60,996 nucleotides of DNA from Candidatus Omnitrophota bacterium (GTDB taxonomy: Bacteria; Omnitrophota; Gorgyraeia; Gygaellales; Profunditerraquicolaceae), in assembly GCA_028710405.1 (NCBI GenBank), contig JAQTUD010000001.1:1-60996 (forward strand), written 5' to 3'. This document shows, in pieces, positions 58,635 through 60,996 of this stretch. The notes under the pieces are model-generated. The model did no database searches and was not told where the DNA came from. It saw only the letters and a list, made by a program, of their open reading frames with translations. Made by a program: the position numbers and the translations under genes. The first letter of the stretch is position 1, and the number at the start of each line of letters is the position of its first letter.

Positions 58635-59239
58635 AATTTTACAAAGTTCTCCAATATCTTTAAACCTACTGATTGACTCTTCTCCGGATGGAACTGCGCG
58701 CCAAAAAGATTATCTTTCCAGATGATAGCGGAAAAATTTACCCCATAATCACAGGTAGCGGCAACCACGGATTTATCTTTGGGCTGCGGATAATAAGAAT
58801 GACAGAAGTAGACGTAAGAACTATCCGGTATATCTTTCAATAAAGGACACTCAGCGGTAGCTTTTTTTAACTGGTTCCAGCCTATATGCGGGACCTTTAG
58901 GCCCAATTTAGCCGGAAACTTCTTTACTACGCCTTTGACAGCCCCTAAGCCCAACTCTCTTTTTGCCTCCTGGCTCTTTGGAAAGAGAAGCTGCATCCCT
59001 AAACAAATACCTAAAAAGGGTTTTTTGCTATTGATGCTCTCCAGGATAGCGGGTACCAATCCCTGCCTTTTTAACTCCTGCATCGCGTCATCAAAAGCGC
59101 CTACTCCCGGTAAAACTACCTTCTCTGCCGCCTGGATATCCGCCGGCTTATTAGTAACTAAAGTCTTGGCGCCTAAATTCTGCAGGGCTTTATTCACGCT
59201 GTGGATATTGCCCATTCCATAATCAATGATAGCGATCAT
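58628..59239 (-). CDS. hisH: imidazole glycerol phosphate synthase glutamine amidotransferase subunit
   Basis: 203 aa. The nucleophile context is GICLGMQ, and the C-terminal region has FHPEKS. Confidence 0.95.
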   Translation of the reverse strand: MIAIIDYGMGNIHSVNKALQNLGAKTLVTNKPADIQAAEKVVLPGVGAFDDAMQELKRQGLVPAILESINSKKPFLGICLGMQLLFPKSQEAKRELGLGAVKGVVKKFPAKLGLKVPHIGWNQLKKATAECPLLKDIPDSSYVYFCHSYYPQPKDKSVVAATCDYGVNFSAIIWKDNLFGAQFHPEKSQSVGLKILENFVKLC

Positions 59240-59851
59240 CTAATCAATCACACCTTTAGTTGAGGGAATGCCTTTACGGCGCGGGTCGATCTGGATGGCG
59301 AGGGATAATGCCTTGCCTAAGGCTTTAAATGCCGGTTCTAATGTAGTGTGGATATCCTTAACCATCGGCTGAATAGTTATACTCAAATCCATGCCAAAAT
59401 GTTTGGCGAATGCTTCAAAAAAATGTTCCGCATCTTTTAACGCGTATCCTTCTTGAGGATCGGGTTCTCCTTCAAAAACTGGTTCCGGCCTTCTCAAGCT
59501 AAATTTACCTCGACCGCTAATGTCTAAAGCAACAGTAGCCAAAACCTCCTCCATCGGCCAGGAAAAATTCCCCGCCCGAGTAATCCCTTTTTTGTCACCT
59601 AATGCTTCCTTAAACGCGTCTCCTAACACGATGCCGACGTCCTCATTAGTGTGATGTATATCTACTTTCAGGTCGCCCTTGGCGCTTATCTCAATGTCAA
59701 ATAGACCGTGGAAAGCAAATAATTCCAACATGTGATCCAGGAATCCTAAACCGGTATTGATCTTGGTCTTTCCTGAACCATCAATATCTAATTTTACCGT
59801 TATATCGGTTTCTTTGGTTTTTCTCTTAACGGTTGCTGTTCTCTTCTTCAT
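59240..59851 (-). CDS. hisB: imidazoleglycerol-phosphate dehydratase
   Basis: 203 aa. Has the DIHHTNED metal-binding motifs. Confidence 0.95.
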   Translation of the reverse strand: MKKRTATVKRKTKETDITVKLDIDGSGKTKINTGLGFLDHMLELFAFHGLFDIEISAKGDLKVDIHHTNEDVGIVLGDAFKEALGDKKGITRAGNFSWPMEEVLATVALDISGRGKFSLRRPEPVFEGEPDPQEGYALKDAEHFFEAFAKHFGMDLSITIQPMVKDIHTTLEPAFKALGKALSLAIQIDPRRKGIPSTKGVID

Positions 59852-59859
59852 TTTTTCTC

Positions 59860-60996
59860 CTATACGAAACGCGCTTTTACCGAATCCAAATGCTTACTCA
59901 AGCCTTCAATACAGGCAATCTTCTCTAAAGGCTCCCTGATTTTTTCCAGGGCTTTTTTAGGATAACTGATGATATGGTTGCTCTTTGTAAAATCAGAAAC
60001 GGATAACCCTGAGAAGAAACGCGCCGTGCCTTGCGTAGGCAAGACGTGACTTGGGCCGGCCACATAATCCCCCACTGCCGCCGGACTATAAGGGCCTAAG
60101 AATATCGCCCCGGCGTTTCTTATCTGACGCATCAGCTTACGAGGATTATTCACCAATATCTCCAAGTGCTCGGGAGCGATCTTATTGGCAATATCAGCGG
60201 CCTCGCTCAAGTTCTTGGTCAGGATGATCAGGCCGTTTACTCCATCTAATTCTGAATTCACCTGGCGCGCCAGGCTCTTGGAATTCGTGATCAAGATTGC
60301 CAGTCCCTTGGCGTGCTCTGCCTGGGCCTTAAGGTCGGCGACAATAAAACGCGGGTCGCTGGAACGATTGGCAATGATCACCAGTTCCGTGGGGCCGGCG
60401 ACCATATCAATATCCACCACCCCAAAGACCTGCCTCTTGGCCTCGCTGACATAAATATTCCCCGGACCAACGATCTTGTCCACGCCGGCAATGGTCTTTG
60501 TGCCGTATGCCAGGGCGGCAATTCCTTGGGCCCCGCCCACACGATAAATCTCATCTACCTTCAATAAATCTGCCACTACCAATATATGCGGATTAATAAA
60601 CCCATTTTTATCCGGCGGGCTGATCAATACGATCTTCTTGACTCCGGCGATCTTTGCCGGCAGCACAGTCATATAAACCGTAGAAACCAAAGGCGCTGTC
60701 CCGGCAGGTATATAAACACCTACTCTTTCTAAAGGGGTATAGTTTTCTCCCAGTACCGCCCCGTCCGGATCCTTGATCCTCCAGGATTTCTTTACTGTCT
60801 TACGATAGAACCTGTTTACGTTTTCGATCACTACCTTGAGGCTAGAGACAAAATTCGGGCTGATACTCTGGTATGCCCCGCTTATTTCTATCTCTGAAAC
60901 CTTCAATTGCCGAAGCGGTAGTTTCACCTTGTCAAATTTCCTGGTATATTTCAGCAACGCTTCATCACCAAAGGCGCGCACATCCTCAATAATCTT
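59860..60996 (-). CDS. hisD: histidinol dehydrogenase, N-terminus beyond the window edge
   Basis: The frame stays open to position 60996 (...KIIEDVRAFGDEAL...). The M shown in the ORF track is an internal GTG (Val). Has the HisD motifs AGPTE and QAEH. Confidence 0.93.
   Translation of the reverse strand, partial: KIIEDVRAFGDEALLKYTRKFDKVKLPLRQLKVSEIEISGAYQSISPNFVSSLKVVIENVNRFYRKTVKKSWRIKDPDGAVLGENYTPLERVGVYIPAGTAPLVSTVYMTVLPAKIAGVKKIVLISPPDKNGFINPHILVVADLLKVDEIYRVGGAQGIAALAYGTKTIAGVDKIVGPGNIYVSEAKRQVFGVVDIDMVAGPTELVIIANRSSDPRFIVADLKAQAEHAKGLAILITNSKSLARQVNSELDGVNGLIILTKNLSEAADIANKIAPEHLEILVNNPRKLMRQIRNAGAIFLGPYSPAAVGDYVAGPSHVLPTQGTARFFSGLSVSDFTKSNHIISYPKKALEKIREPLEKIACIEGLSKHLDSVKARFV

Noticed and set aside
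439-60567. The many plus-strand ORFs of 60-270 aa in the six-frame track, for example 3805-4560, 12753-13568, 17498-18007, 53046-53840 and 42972-43445.
   Set aside because: Each lies antisense to a minus-strand gene with unmistakable conserved protein sequence. Their translations are low-complexity (Ser/Pro/Leu/Arg-rich) with no recognisable motifs or RBS. They are shadow ORFs.

Overview
This 61-kb window is a core-genome segment in which every convincing gene lies on the minus strand. No rRNA genes, CRISPR arrays, transposases or integrases are visible.

Gene order along the minus strand, from high to low coordinates:
- hisD(partial)-hisB-hisH-hisA, a peptidoglycan-binding lipoprotein, hisF-hisI-trpE, then rpsP-yajC-secDF.
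- A compact mfd, then surA-pdxA-rsmA.
- A 580-nt GC-rich non-coding gap, then a cold-shock gene.
- tRNA-Thr, rpmG, tRNA-Trp, then secE-nusG-rplKAJL-rpoBC.
- rpsL-rpsG-fusA-tuf, then the complete S10/spc/alpha ribosomal-protein operons. rpmD is absent. rpmJ is present but missing from the ORF track.
- A central-metabolism block running straight on: aminotransferase, LeuC-like subunit, pilT, LeuD-like subunit, icd, mdh, lpd, lipB and a stand-alone lipoyl domain.
- After one clear terminator and promoter, a tightly coupled nine-gene lipid-type operon. It runs HTH, PlsC-like acyltransferase, SRPBCC::acyl-ACP-reductase-like fusion, GMC flavoprotein, 7TM-GAF histidine kinase, two CheY-like receivers, fabG and fabF.

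The most interesting observations:
1. A modular, structured intergenic repeat family of about 125-140 nt, not recognisable to me as a known element. There are four same-orientation copies, each sitting directly against a ribosome-binding site or start codon, and a fifth locus shares one stem. Stems covary between copies, and G-U and tandem G-A pairs favour the plus (antisense) strand.
2. The lipid operon built around the acyl-ACP-reductase-like fusion.
3. The GC-rich gap between rsmA and csp. It holds an inverted pair of homologous hairpin elements with complementary loops, and a multi-helix domain closed by a 10-bp stem.

All functional interpretations of these three are hypotheses. They need covariance, HMM, RNA-seq or biochemical tests.
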